Origin: Chiloscyllium plagiosum
Lineage: Eukaryota
Length of the DNA: 64,000 nt
NCBI RefSeq assembly: GCF_004010195.1
Contig: NC_057719.1
Location: forward strand, 13,051,727-13,115,726
Direction: 5' to 3'
Part shown: one piece after another, positions 52,812-64,000 of the stretch
Layout: each line of letters starts with the position of its first letter
Position numbering within the stretch: position 1 is the stretch's first letter
Position numbers and translations under genes: made by a program
The notes under the pieces: generated by a model
Told to the model about the DNA's origin: nothing
Database searches by the model: none
What the model saw: the letters and a program-made list of their open reading frames with translations, nothing else

Positions 52812-55184
52812 ACTCCCAGCCTCAGTGTAGACTCACACTCCCGACCTCAGTATAGACTCACTCTCCCTGCCTCAGTGTAGACTCACTCTCCCTGCCTCAG
52901 TGTAGACTCACTCTCCCGGCCTCAGTGTAGACTCACTCTCCTGGCCTCAGTGTGGACTCACACTCCTGGCCTCAGTGTGGACTCACACTACCGACCGCAG
53001 TGTAGGCTCACTCTTCCTGCCTCAGTGTGGACTCACACTCCCGGCCTCAGTGTGGACTCACACTCCCGACCTCAGTGTAGACTCACTCTCCCTGCCTCAG
53101 TGTAGACTCACTCTTCCTGCCTCAGTGTGGACTCACACTCCCGACCTCAGTGTGGACTCACACTCCCGGCCTCAGTTTAGGCTCACACTCCCGGCCTCAG
53201 TGTAGACTCACACTCACGACCTCAGTGTAGACTCACTCTCCCGGCCTCAGTGTAGACTCACTCTCCCTGCCTCAGTGTGGACTCACACTCCCGGTCTCAG
53301 TGTGGACTCACACTCCCGGCCTCAGTTTAGGCTCACACTCCCGGCCTCAGTGTAGACTCACACTCACGACCTCAGTGTAGACTCACTCTCCCGGCCTCAG
53401 TGTGGACTCACTGTCCCGGCCTCAGTGTGGACTCACTGTCCCGGCCTCAGTGTGGACTCACTGTCCCGGCCTCAGTGTAGACTCTGCCTCCCGGCCTCAG
53501 TGTGGACTCACTCTCCCGGCCTCAGTGTGGACTCACTCTCCCGGCCTCAGTGTAGACTCACTCTCCCGGCCTCAGTGTGGACTCACTCTCCCGGCCTCAG
53601 TGTGGACTCACACTCCCGGCCTCAGTGTGGACTCACACTCCCGGCCTCAGTGTGGACTCACACTCCCGGCCTCAGTGTGGACTCACACTCCCGGCCTCAG
53701 TGTGGACTCACACTCCCGGCCTCAGTGTGGACTCACACTCCCGGCCTCAGTGTGGACTCACACTCCCGGCCTCAGTGTGGACTCACACTCCCGGCCTCAG
53801 TGTGGACTCACACTCCCGGCCTCAGTGTGGACTCACACTCCCGGCCTCAGTGTGGACTCACACTCCCGGCCTCAGTGTGGACTCACACTCCCGGCCTCAG
53901 TGTGGACTCACACTCCCGGCCTCAGTGTGGACTCACACTCCCGGCCTCAGTGTGGACTCACACTCCCGGCCTCAGTGTGGACTCACACTCCCGGCCTCAG
54001 TGTGGACTCACACTCCCGGCCTCAGTGTGGACTCACACTCCCGGCCTCAGTGTGGACTCACACTCCCGGCCTCAGTGTGGACTCACACTCCCGGCCTCAG
54101 TGTGGACTCACACTCCCGGCCTCAGTGTGGACTCACACTCCCGGCCTCAGTGTGGACTCACACTCCCGGCCTCAGTGTGGACTCACTCTCCCGGCCTCAG
54201 TGTGGACTCACACTCCCGGCCTCAGTGTGGACTCACACTCCCGGCCTCAGTGTGGACTCACACTCCCGTCCTCAGTGTAGACTCACTCTTCCAGCCTCAG
54301 TGTAGACTCACACTCCCAGCCTCAGTGTAGACTCACTCTCCCGACCTCAGTGTGGACTCACTCTCCCGGCTTCAGTGTGGACTCACTGTCCCGGCCTCAG
54401 TGTGGACTCACTCTCCCGGCCTCAGTATGGACTCACTCTCCCGGCCTCAGTGTGGACTCACACCCCTGGCCTCAGTGTAGAATCACACTCCCGGCCTCAG
54501 TGTAGACTCACTCTCCCGGCCTCAGTGTGGACTCTCGCTCCCGGCCTCAGTGTGGACTCACTGTCCCGGCCTCAGTGTGGACTCACTCTCCCGGCCTCAG
54601 TGTAGACTCACTCTCCCGGCCTCAGTGTGGACTCACTGTCCCAGTCTCTGTGTAGACTCACTGTCCCGGTCTCTGTGTAGACTCACTGTCCCGGTCTCTG
54701 TGTAGACTTACTCTCCCGGCCTCAGTGTGGACTCACTGTCCCGGCCTCAGTGTGGACTCACTCTCCCGGCCTTAGTGTGGACTCACACTCCCGGCCTCAG
54801 TGTGGACTCACTCTCCCGGCCTCAGTGTGGACTCACACTCCTGGCTTCAGTGTGGACGCACACTCCCGGCCTCAGTGTGGACTCACTCTACCAGCCTCAG
54901 AGTGGACTCACACTCCCGGCCTCAGTGTGGACTCACTCTCCCGGGCTTAGTGTATACTCTCACTCCCGGCCTCAGTGTAGACTCACACTCCTGGCCTCAG
55001 TGTAGACTCACTGTCCCAGCCTCAGTGTGGACTCACTCTCCCGCCCTCAGTGTAGACTCACACTCCCAGCCTCAGTGTAGACTCACTGTCCCAGCCTCAG
55101 TGTGAACTCACACTCCCGGCCTCAGTGTGGACTCACTCTCCCAGCCCCAATGCGGACTCACTCTCCCAGCCCCAATGCGGACTC
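52812..55184. repeat. 25-bp minisatellite, about 95 copies
   Basis: Unit CACTCCCGGCCTCAGTGTGGACTCA, nearly perfect at ~53600-54270 and diverged at both edges. Confidence 0.98.
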
Positions 55185-55441
55185 GATTCCTGGCCTCAAG
55201 GTGAAGCTCAGTGTGGTCTGTGTGGGTAGTACTGATATTCTGTACTCTTGTTTCTCTATTTTTCCAATTTATTATTGGACATTTAATTTCTTTATTTTTC
55301 TATCTTTATTTCCATTTGAATTTGTACTTACGCACCTGTACTTTGGTAGCTTGGTACCTAAGATGGCCCCCTAAGTGATAACTTGTAAATGTTTCACTGA
55401 ACGCATGTGAGTACATGTGACAACAAAGTGAATTCAATTCA
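55185..55441 (+). mobile_element. 3' part of composite repeat with Rex1-like tail (copy C)
   Basis: TGGCCTCAAGGTGA, T-rich spacer, GGTACCTAAGATGGC, then TTTCACTG...GTACATGTGACAACAAAGTGAATTCAATTC. Confidence 0.7.
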
Positions 55442-55712
55442 CTTTTATTCACTTCAATTAAATCCATGCCCCGGTCATTGAAGGGAAAAGTGTCTTCCTG
55501 TCGACACTATATACACCCCTCATAATTTTATACATCTCATCATGACCCCTCTGCTTTGAGGAAAACAACTACAGTCTGTGCAATCTCTCTCAATAACTGA
55601 AACTCTCCAGGCCAGGCAGTATCCTGGTAAATCTCTTCTCCACCCTCTCCAGTGCAGAAATGTCCCCCCATGATGTGGATTCTTGAACTGCACACCATGC
55701 TGCAGCTGTGCT

Positions 55713-55853
55713 GAAGTGGATACTGCAGATGTTGGGGATTAGAGCCAAGATTGGAGTGGTGCTGGAAAAGCACAGCAGGTCAGGCAGCATCCAAGGAGCA
55801 GGAAAAGCGACGTTTCGGGCAAAAACCCTTCATCAGGAATGAGGCCATTCCTG
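55713..55853 (-). mobile_element. Penelope terminal element with intact hammerhead core at 55809-55836
   Basis: Minus strand CUGAUGA A GGG UUUUUG CCC GAAA CG UC. Flanking TG(C/T)AGCTGTG duplication. Confidence 0.75.
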
Positions 55854-56079
55854 TAGCTGTGGCCTAACCAACATTTTATACAGTTTCAGCATGTCCTCCC
55901 TGCTCTTAAACTCTCTGCCTTGACTAGTAGAGACGAGTATACCATATGCCTTCTTAACTGCTTCATCTGTCTGCCCTGTTACCTTAAAGGACTGGTGTAC
56001 ATACACACCAAGCTCCATCTGATCCTTGGCACTTCCCTGGGTTCTACTATTCATCACATCTTCCTTGTTTTTCTACATA

Positions 56080-56830
56080 ATTGAAACATGGTTGTCATTT
56101 TTTTATTCCCAGCCCCAATCCATCTTGAGATTTCTTCTGTAAAACATACTGCATTCGTCAAATTTGTAAAGAAGTTAGAAAATTGTTTCAACTGCAATCT
56201 AACAGAATTTGTAATGATATTCAACTTATCCCCACACAGCTTGTTCCATTCAATATACCTACAATAAACTTAATATTTACGAAATGCATTCTACGTCAGC
56301 TATACAGACTGATGGTGAAAACGATTTAAATTATATGACATGCCCTAACCCCACTTTAGATAATGAAGGACTTGCCCTTACTGGTTAAATACAAGTCTCA
56401 TTTATATTATGGTAATTGAAGGTCTATTATTTATTATGCGCTTTTAAGTGACAAGAGATCTCACCTGATCTGCTGCAATTGACAATGGAGCTGTTATTTA
56501 TGATGTACAACCCTATTGTCTGAGGGATCCCATTATTTAAAATATAATCCATTAAAGTGCACTGCAAATATTGTCATTTTGCCAGGCTTTCCCCATAACT
56601 TTCCACAGTGAGAGAGATATTCCTCAACAATCTCAAATATGTTCACAGGCTGTTTTCACCGGAAGCTGTGACTGGGCTGCTTAAACAGTATTATAATGAG
56701 TTGAACAACGATAGGCGAGAGAGAAAAGTGGTAATGAATAATTATGCTAATTTCTTGAAATAAAATGTGTTGTCGTTACTCAGTAGGCTAAACTGATGAA
56801 TAATTAATCTATCTATAATGTCTTTGGTGA
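56080..56830. promoter_or_regulatory. Candidate conserved non-coding element
   Basis: Repeat-free AT-rich island with Sox-like ACAATGG/TATTGTC, TTTATGA and multiple TAAT motifs. Conservation not tested. Confidence 0.3.
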
Positions 56831-57192
56831 GCATTTAAATTAGACAAATAGAGCACATATCTGGATGATTGAAATTCAGAGTGACAGTAGTCTCTGGGCA
56901 GTATTGAGGAGCAGCTGCCAATGTTTCATAGGCTTTTTTTTGAAGCAGAAAACTAGATTTCTTCTTGATAAGGTAACGAGAGCCACTTCCCTCTCCTCGG
57001 TTTCCTGCATACAACCAGGCTAGGAAATAATGCACCTGATCTCCAGTTCCATGCAGAATTTCAAATTGAGGAGGAACCCCTGGCAACAATAATGCTTCCT
57101 TCAACTTCCTGTTGGCTTCTTGTTGATACGGCGATGGGGAGTTTGGGGATCTCATTGTCTTCTTCCTTTGCCCAAATGTTCCCCTGTTTTAA

Positions 57193-57907
57193 TGTAAGTG
57201 ATGGCCCATGCTGAAGAAGATATGAACAAAATGGAGTCCATTAAACACACTGCACCATTCACCAATATCACCATTAACTCATGTGATATCATAGACTTTA
57301 TAACTTAATAATTGTTCATGGATCGAATGAATCAACAAAAAGATAAACTGTTACACACGGAAAGAAGTGACAATAACTCTGTCTGGAATAAACTGTTAAG
57401 GGACTAAGATAAGCTGTTAGATACAGATTGAAAACAATTAGCCATGTCTTGGAAATGAAGAAATTGAGATTACATAAACTGCCCTGTCATCTGCTTGATA
57501 ACTGGCTGCTTTATTGCTATAAGGACAAGGATTGTATTTAAAGAGTTAATCACATGAAAGCTGTGTTTTCAACAGACACTTACAGCCAAATGTAACAAGG
57601 AACAGGAAAGCTACTTCTGATAAGGAAGTAAGTTGCAGTCTCAAGGGATCCAGAAGAGTGATCAATATGTTGGATGAAAGGACTCTAAAGAATCATCAAT
57701 CCTACCACATCTTGGACCTGAAGGATGAGAATCTGTATAAGAATCGGAAAGTATAACTCCCCTTCAGCAGAACTCTTGTGAACAACCTTGCATAAGGATT
57801 GGACCCTGGACACATCCAGAGACAGACACTGTTGGTGGAATTGTAGCTAAATTCCATCATTAATTGGGTAATAGCCAAGTTGTGTTGTGAGGTTTAACTT
57901 TCTTACT
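57193..57907 (+). mobile_element. Possible LTR-like sequence
   Basis: Starts TGTAAG and ends CTTACT, with AAAATGGAGTC near the 5' end and TATTTAAA at ~57535. No TSD found. Confidence 0.3.
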
Positions 57908-57944
57908 TGAGAGATCTTATTCCTGATAAGTGAAAAAAGGGAGT

Positions 57945-59988
57945 TAGGTTGGAAGCTAAAAGGCAGGATGAGCCGAATAGTAGTCTCAGGATTGCTACCA
58001 GTGCCATGGGCTAGTGAGGCTAGGAACAGAGAGCTAGTGTAGCTGACCACATGGTTGCAGAGATTGTGTAGGAAGGAGGGCTTCAGACATATGGATCATT
58101 GGGATACCTTCTGGGGAAGGTGGGACTGTACAAAGAGGACGGGTTGCACCTGAACTGGAGGGACACTAATACCCTGGGTGGGAGGTTTGAGAGGGCTCTT
58201 CAAGAGAGCTTAAACTAGTTTGGCAGGGCTACAGATCAGAAGATGGAGTAGCTGGTGAACGGGCAGATACAATGTGCGTGAGTCTGAAGGATAGACAGTG
58301 ATAATGCAAAGTTGCAGTCAGTGTGGATGGATTGAAGCGTGTCTATTTTAATGCAAGAAGTTTCAGAAACAAGGGTGATGAACTTATAGCATGGAATCAG
58401 TACTTGGAACTACAATGTTGTGGCCATTACCGAGACTTGGATATCACAGGGGCTGGAATGGTTTTTGGATGTTCCAGGGTTTAGATGTTTCAAACGGAAT
58501 AGGGAGGGAGGTAAATGAGGTGAAGGAGTGGCATTGCTGATCAGGGATAGTATCACAGCTGCAGAGAGGGGGGTTGTCGAGGAGGGTTTGTCTACAGAAT
58601 CAGTATGGTTGGAAGTCAGAAACAGGAAAGGAAAAGTCACTTTATTGGGAGTTTTCTAGAGACCCTCCAATAGCAACAGAGACATGAAGGAGCAGATTGG
58701 GAGGCAGAGTTTGGAAAGGTGTAGCAGTAACAAGGTTGTTGTCATGGGTGACTTCAACTTCCCTAATAATGATTGGAACCTCCTAAGTGCAAATAGTTTG
58801 GATGGAGCAGATTTTTTCAGGTATGTCCAGGAAGAATTCCTGACTCAATATGTAGGTAGGCTGACTAGAGGGGAGGCCATATTGGATTTGGTGCTTGGCA
58901 ACGAACCAACTCAGGTGTCAGATCTCTCATTGGGAGACCATTTCGATGATAGCGATCGTGACTCCCTGACCTTTACTATAGTCATGGAAAGGGACAGGAG
59001 CAGATCATATGGGGAAATATTTAACTCAGGAAGGGGGAATTACAATGCTATTTTATGCTGTGGAGCATAAAATGGGAGCAGATATTCTCAGGGAAATGCA
59101 TGACAGAAATGTAGAGGTTGTTTAGGGACTACTTGCTGCGAGTGCTGGATAGGTTTGTGTCACTGAGACAAAGAAGGAATGGTAGGGTGAAGGAATCTTG
59201 GATGACAGGAGATGTGGAACATCTAGTGAAGAGAAAGAAGGGAGCTTACTTAAGGTTGAGGAGGCAAGGATCAGACAGGGCTCTAGAGGGTTCCAAGATA
59301 GCTAGGAACCAACGAAAGTATGGATATAGGAGAGTTACAAGGAGGCATGATAAAGCCATGGTGAGTAGGATTAAGGAAAATTCCAAGGCATTCTACATTT
59401 ATGTGAGGAACAAGAGGATGGCCAGCGTGAGAGTAGGGCTGATCAGGGATAGTGGAGGGAACTTGTGCTGGAATCGGAGGAGTTGGGGAAGTCCTTAATG
59501 AATACTTTGCTTCAGTATTCACTACTGAGAGGGACATTGTTGTTTGTGAGGACAGCATGAAACAGGTGACGTGTTAGAATAGGTGGATGTTAGGAAGGAG
59601 GATGTGCTGGAAATTTTGAAAAATATGAGGATAGATAAGTCCTCTGGGCCAATCGAGATATACCTAAGATTACTGCGGGAAGTGAAAGAAGAGATTGCTA
59701 CGCCTTTGGCAATGATCTTTGCATCCCCACTGTCCACTGGAATAGTATGAGATGATTGGTGTGTGTCAAATGTTATTCCCTTGTTCAAGAAAGGGAAGAG
59801 GGATATTCCTGGGAATTACAGACCAGTCAGTCTTACATTGTTGGTGGGCAAATTACTGGAAAGGATTTGGAGAGATAGGATTTATGATTATTTGGAAAAG
59901 CATAGTTTGACTGGACATAGTCAGCATGGCTTTGTGAAGGGCCGGTCATGCCTCACAAGCCTTACTGAATTCTTTGAAGATGTGACTC
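57945..59988 (+). mobile_element. CR1 LINE: ORF1 esterase end, endonuclease and RT N-terminus
   Basis: DGLHLNWR-like motif at ~58138, VVMGDFNFPN...ILDLVLGNEP...DSD and NYRPVSLT...QHGFVKGRSCLT. Confidence 0.93.
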
Positions 59989-60291
59989 TTGGATAGGCAC
60001 ATGGATGATAGTAAAATGAAGGGTATGTTGCTTAGTTTGATCTTAGAGTAGGATAAAAGTTCAGCACAACATTGAGGGCCGAAGGGTTAAAGTCAACTCA
60101 CAACACTCATCCATCTCAACTTTAAATCCCTGCCTTGGTTCCCTTGCTTTAGGTTCCTTACCTGTTGCCTACTGCCTGGGATGTGGTCACAAATGGGCAC
60201 GTGTTTGAATTGTTGTCATTGATAATTAGTACTGGCCAGCCCCTGGACCCGCAATGTTAACTCTGCTTTCCCTCCACAGATGCTGCCAGGC

Positions 60292-60815
60292 TTTCTGGCT
60301 GTGTTTGGTCTGCTTGTCGTGGTTTGTTCTTGAGGAATCTGCGCACTGTGTTTTTTGAGTATCCGTTCTTCTTGAATACGTCGTATAGGTGGTTCTCCTC
60401 TGTTTTTCGAAGTTCGTCTGTGCTGCAGGATACACGAACACCAGCTAGCCACAAAAAGACACGACCCTCTCTCCCTCGTAGCCCTACACAAAGATGAAAA
60501 AACCCACCATTTCGACTGGGACAACACATTTATCTAAGCAAAGACATGCCAGAGAATTCCTAGAGGCCTGGCACTCCAACCACAACGCCATAAACAAGCA
60601 CATAGATCTAGATGCCATTTATCAACCTCTCAGAAAATGAACAGGAAATGACATCACCACAAACCCCAGGAACCACATCCAGGAGAAAGATATAAATAGA
60701 AAGCAGGAGACAACAGCTTTACTTCACTTGGAGGTCGCCACTGATGATGTTACCTAGCCAGGTAATGAAACGTCTGGATATCAAACCTACAGCTCAGCGA
60801 GCAAACCTACACCCT
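60292..60815 (+). mobile_element. Penelope-like element with inverted 5' segment
   Basis: 60292-60428 on the minus strand reads CSTDELRKTEENHLYDVFKKNGYSKNTVRRFL. 60429-60640 on the plus strand reads (I)HEHQLATKRHDPLSLVA...AREFLEAWHS, followed by the terminal repeat. Confidence 0.88.
60738..60777 (+). ncRNA. Minimal hammerhead ribozyme motif
   Basis: CCA CUGAUGA U GUUACC UAGCCA GGUAAU GAAA CG UC UGG. Stem I CCA/UGG, 6-bp stem II and a GUC site. Confidence 0.7.
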
Positions 60816-60839
60816 AATGTTTGTTTTTGTTTCAGATTT

Positions 60840-61760
60840 GACCTGGAAGAGGGCACTGTTGATATGATCAGCAAGATGTCATGAAGATTGGTGGAGTAAC
60901 AGAAAGCATAGGGGACTGTCAAAGAATACAGGAGAATACAGATAGATTGGAGAGTTGGGCGGAGAAGTGGTGGATGGAGTTCAATCCGGGCAAATGTGAG
61001 GTGATGCATTTTGGGAAGTTTAATTCTAGAGTGAATTATACAGTAAACGGAACAGCCTTGGGAAAACTTGATGAGCAGAGTCATCTGGGAGTTCAGGTTG
61101 CTACACAGGTGGATAGAGTGGTCAAGAAGGCATATGGTATGCTTGCCTTCATTGGACGGGATATTGAGTATAAGAGCTGGCAGGTCATGTTAAAATTGTA
61201 TAAGACATTGGTTCGGCTGCATTTAGAATACTGTGTACAGTTCTGGTAGCATATTACCAAAAGGATGTGGACATTTTGGAGAGGGAGCAGAGGATGTTGC
61301 CTGGTATGGAAGGTGCTAGCTATGAAGAGAGGTTGAGTAGGTTAAATTTGTTCTCATTAAAAAAAAATGAGATTGAGGGGGAATCTGATTAAGGTTTTCA
61401 AAATCATGAAGGGTATAGACAGGGTAGATAGCGATAAGCTTTTTCCCAGGGTGAGGGGAAAATAACGAGAGGTCACGCTTTCAAAGTGAGAGGTGAAAAG
61501 ATTAAGGGGGATACACACGGCAAGTACTTTACGCAGAGATGGTGGGTGTCTGGAATGCGTTGCCAGAAGAGGTGGTAGAGGCGGCATGGTAAATTCATTT
61601 AAGATGCGTCTGGTCAGATGCATGAGTAGGTGGGGAGCAGAGGGATACAGATGCTTAGGAATTGGGCGACAGGTTTAGACAGTAGATTTGGATTGGCTCA
61701 GGCTTGGAGGGCCAAAGGGCTTGTTCCTGGGCTGTAAATTTTCTTTGTTCTTTGTTCTTG
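60840..61760 (+). mobile_element. CR1 LINE, RT to 3' end, (TTCTTTG)n tail
   Basis: WAEKWWMEFNPGKCEVMHFG...LYKTLVRLHLEYCVQFW. Confidence 0.93.
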
Positions 61761-62717
61761 TTCTATTTCCAGCATCTACAGTTCTTAGTTTCATTTCAAC
61801 TATCTATATTGTTAGATGCTGTTAGATCCACAAATCCCCAAATCCGATGGAGGTGTAGCATAATAGGTTCCTGTTGTTTTCGAGAATGTCAACAGATTTG
61901 AAGAATTGCAACATGGCAGCATTCAGCAGTAAAACAAAAGATTTATGTTCTCTGATGTTTTTGGAGAACAGATGATCATCAGTGTCCACATTTACCCAAA
62001 CGTTTGTGTTATCACTAGTTATTCTAACTTTCCCTATGAAGGCCATTCTATACCCAGGATCCATTCTCATCCAATTAGCACTGTGTACCACGAGGTCAAA
62101 ACATTGAACGTTTTCAAGAAAGAATTAGACATAGTCTTCAGGACCAAGGGGATCAAAGAGTATGGGGAGAAAGCAGGAACAGGGTATTGAGTTGGATCAA
62201 ATACAATGGGGGAGAACACTTAAAGGGCCGAATGGCCTAATCCTGCCCTATTTTCTGTGTTTCAATTACCCCACATTTGTATGTTACTATTTATCTCCTC
62301 ACTGACTGCATTCAGCAGATGTTCAGTCAATGCAACTTCCAACAAGTATGTTGAGAGTTATTTAATGTGAGAGGCGTGAGGCTTCATAAGATGGCTACAT
62401 TTTAAACTGTTTCCTTTAATTCAATGTAAAATGGAGTAGTGTGACTGTCCTGTAGTTCTACCCAAAAATAATGGTGTGTGCCTTGGCTGCCACTGGGGGA
62501 ATGGGGAGCAGGGTAAATCCTGATTGCAACTCTCATGCCAGCTTTCATGCCAAATGCAAATAAGTAACAGCTGGCTTTGCTACCGTCTCATAACAATGCA
62601 GTACAACCCTGAATCACTTTGGGATATATCGAACTCCTAATTACAACACACATTCTTTTTTGAAAAAAAGGACATACAGACATGAGATAACTGTGAATGT
62701 AACTTCAGCGGCTGTCT

Positions 62718-62791
62718 GGAGACAGAGAGAAAGAGAGAGAGAGAGAGAAAAAGAGAGAGAGAAAGAGAGAGAGAGAAAGAGAGAGAAAGAA

Positions 62792-62824
<33 letters not shown>

Positions 62825-62835
62825 AAGAGAGAGAT
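62718..62835. repeat. (GA)n purine microsatellite
   Basis: Interrupted GA repeats. Confidence 0.97.
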
Positions 62836-62987
62836 GCCAGCTAGACAACAAGCCAATAAAACAGAAACACAATGGATTTCAACTCGTCTGCAATGTCAAG
62901 AAACTTGAAATTGACTGTTTAACTATCAGTGCGCCACTACCTACTCTTCATGAAAGACTGGAGAATGATCCATATATAGAGTCATAG

Positions 62988-63304
62988 AGCATGGTAGCGC
63001 AGTGGTTAGCACTGCTGTCTCACAGCGCCAGGGAGCTGGGTTCAATTCCCGCCTCAGGCAACTGTCTGTGTGGAGTTTGCACATTCTCCCCGTGTCTGTG
63101 TGGGTTTCCTCTGGGTGCTCCGGTTTCCTCCCACAGTCCAAAAATGTGCAAGTTAGGTGAATTGGCCATGCTAAATTGCCTGCAGTGTTAGGTGAAAGGG
63201 TAAATGTAGGGGAATGGGTCTGGGTGGGTTGCTCTCCGGAGGGTCGGTGTGGACTTGTTGGGCCGAAGGGCCTGTTTCCACACTGTAAGTAATCCAATCT
63301 AATC
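62988..63304 (+). mobile_element. HE1-type V-SINE inserted in a minus-strand CR1 3' end (~62975-63640)
   Basis: Full SINE, preceded by ATAGAGTCATAGAG and followed by CR1 3' UTR. Confidence 0.93.
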
Positions 63305-64000
63305 CAAACAAATGCTATGGTTCAACTCATCCGTGCTGACCAGACTTCCCAATCTGACTTTGGCCCATATTCCTTTAAACCCTTCCCATTCATACACACA
63401 TCCAGATGCCTTTTGAATGTAAACACACCAGCCTCCCCCACTTCCTCTGGCAGCTCATTCCACACGGACCACTGTCTGCATGAAAAAGTTACCCCTCAGG
63501 TCCTGTTTAAATTTTTCCTTCTCACCTTAAACCTCTGCCCTGTAGCTTTGGACTCCCCCACCCGATAAAAATGACCTTGTTTGTTCATCCGACCTTTTGC
63601 CCCTCATGTTTTTTAGAAACCTCTGTCAGGTGACCTCTTTTCCACTAGTTATGTTGGCTTCCCCTTTAAGGCTCGCTCATTTATTGTGCGTCACTGGCTT
63701 GATGCAGATGGCTGTCATGTCTTAATCACTGCAGAATGATCTCTGCTCCATGAAATTCTCCGAAATCTTCGACTAGCCAAATTGGTGCAATCATGAGGCT
63801 TGATTGATACATGGGCTGAGTTAATAAGCATGTACTGTGGTAGAGAGGCTTGGATCTCATCAGGCTGCAACTCACTCCTCTCCTTTATGCAAAAAAAAGG
63901 AGCGTTCTTGACAAATTACAGACCTGTCAAAGCTCTCTACTAGAGATGAAAACAAAATAACATAAACTGGGGTTTAACACAAAAAGAAATGTAACATAAA

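Larger units (their letters stand above)
52560..56060 (-). mobile_element. CR1 3' fragment split by the minisatellite element and a Penelope terminal element
   Basis: 3' UTR at 52560-52800 resumes at ~55455. LYKMLVRPQLQ (55833-56057) and LERVEKRFTRILPGLE (55590-55790). Confidence 0.8.

Noticed and set aside
52812..55184. CRISPR array or repetitive protein gene (242-301 aa ORFs)
   Set aside because: Units are head-to-tail with no unique spacers, and the context is eukaryotic. A 25-bp unit without stops gives the same 25-aa cycle in all three frames.
56835..57155. 106-aa ORF in unique sequence as a host exon
   Set aside because: No recognisable domain and no convincing splice-site pair. It cannot be excluded without RNA data.

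Overview
Eukaryotic, repeat-dense, apparently non-coding vertebrate DNA. The repeat content (HE1-type V-SINEs, HER1/CR1 LINEs, DeuSINE- and MetaSINE-like elements) points to a shark or other elasmobranch genome. Family names come from recalled consensus motifs, not from a database search. I found no intact host protein-coding gene. The ORFs I could assign come from decayed retroelements (CR1, a second LINE family, Rex1/Babar, Tx1/L1, Penelope-like), tandem repeats or N-gaps; the rest are short and unsupported. The window also holds three or four solo LTRs, several minisatellites, two assembly gaps and several repeat-free, TAAT-rich islands that may be conserved enhancers. The most unusual signals are: (1) Penelope terminal-repeat derivatives carrying minimal hammerhead ribozyme motifs, including a 260-bp fold-back element with a hammerhead on each strand; and (2) a candidate composite non-autonomous retroposon (GC-rich VNTR + T-rich spacer + Rex1-type 3' tail) seen three times, one copy holding a 2.4-kb 25-bp minisatellite. 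Boundaries of decayed repeats are approximate.
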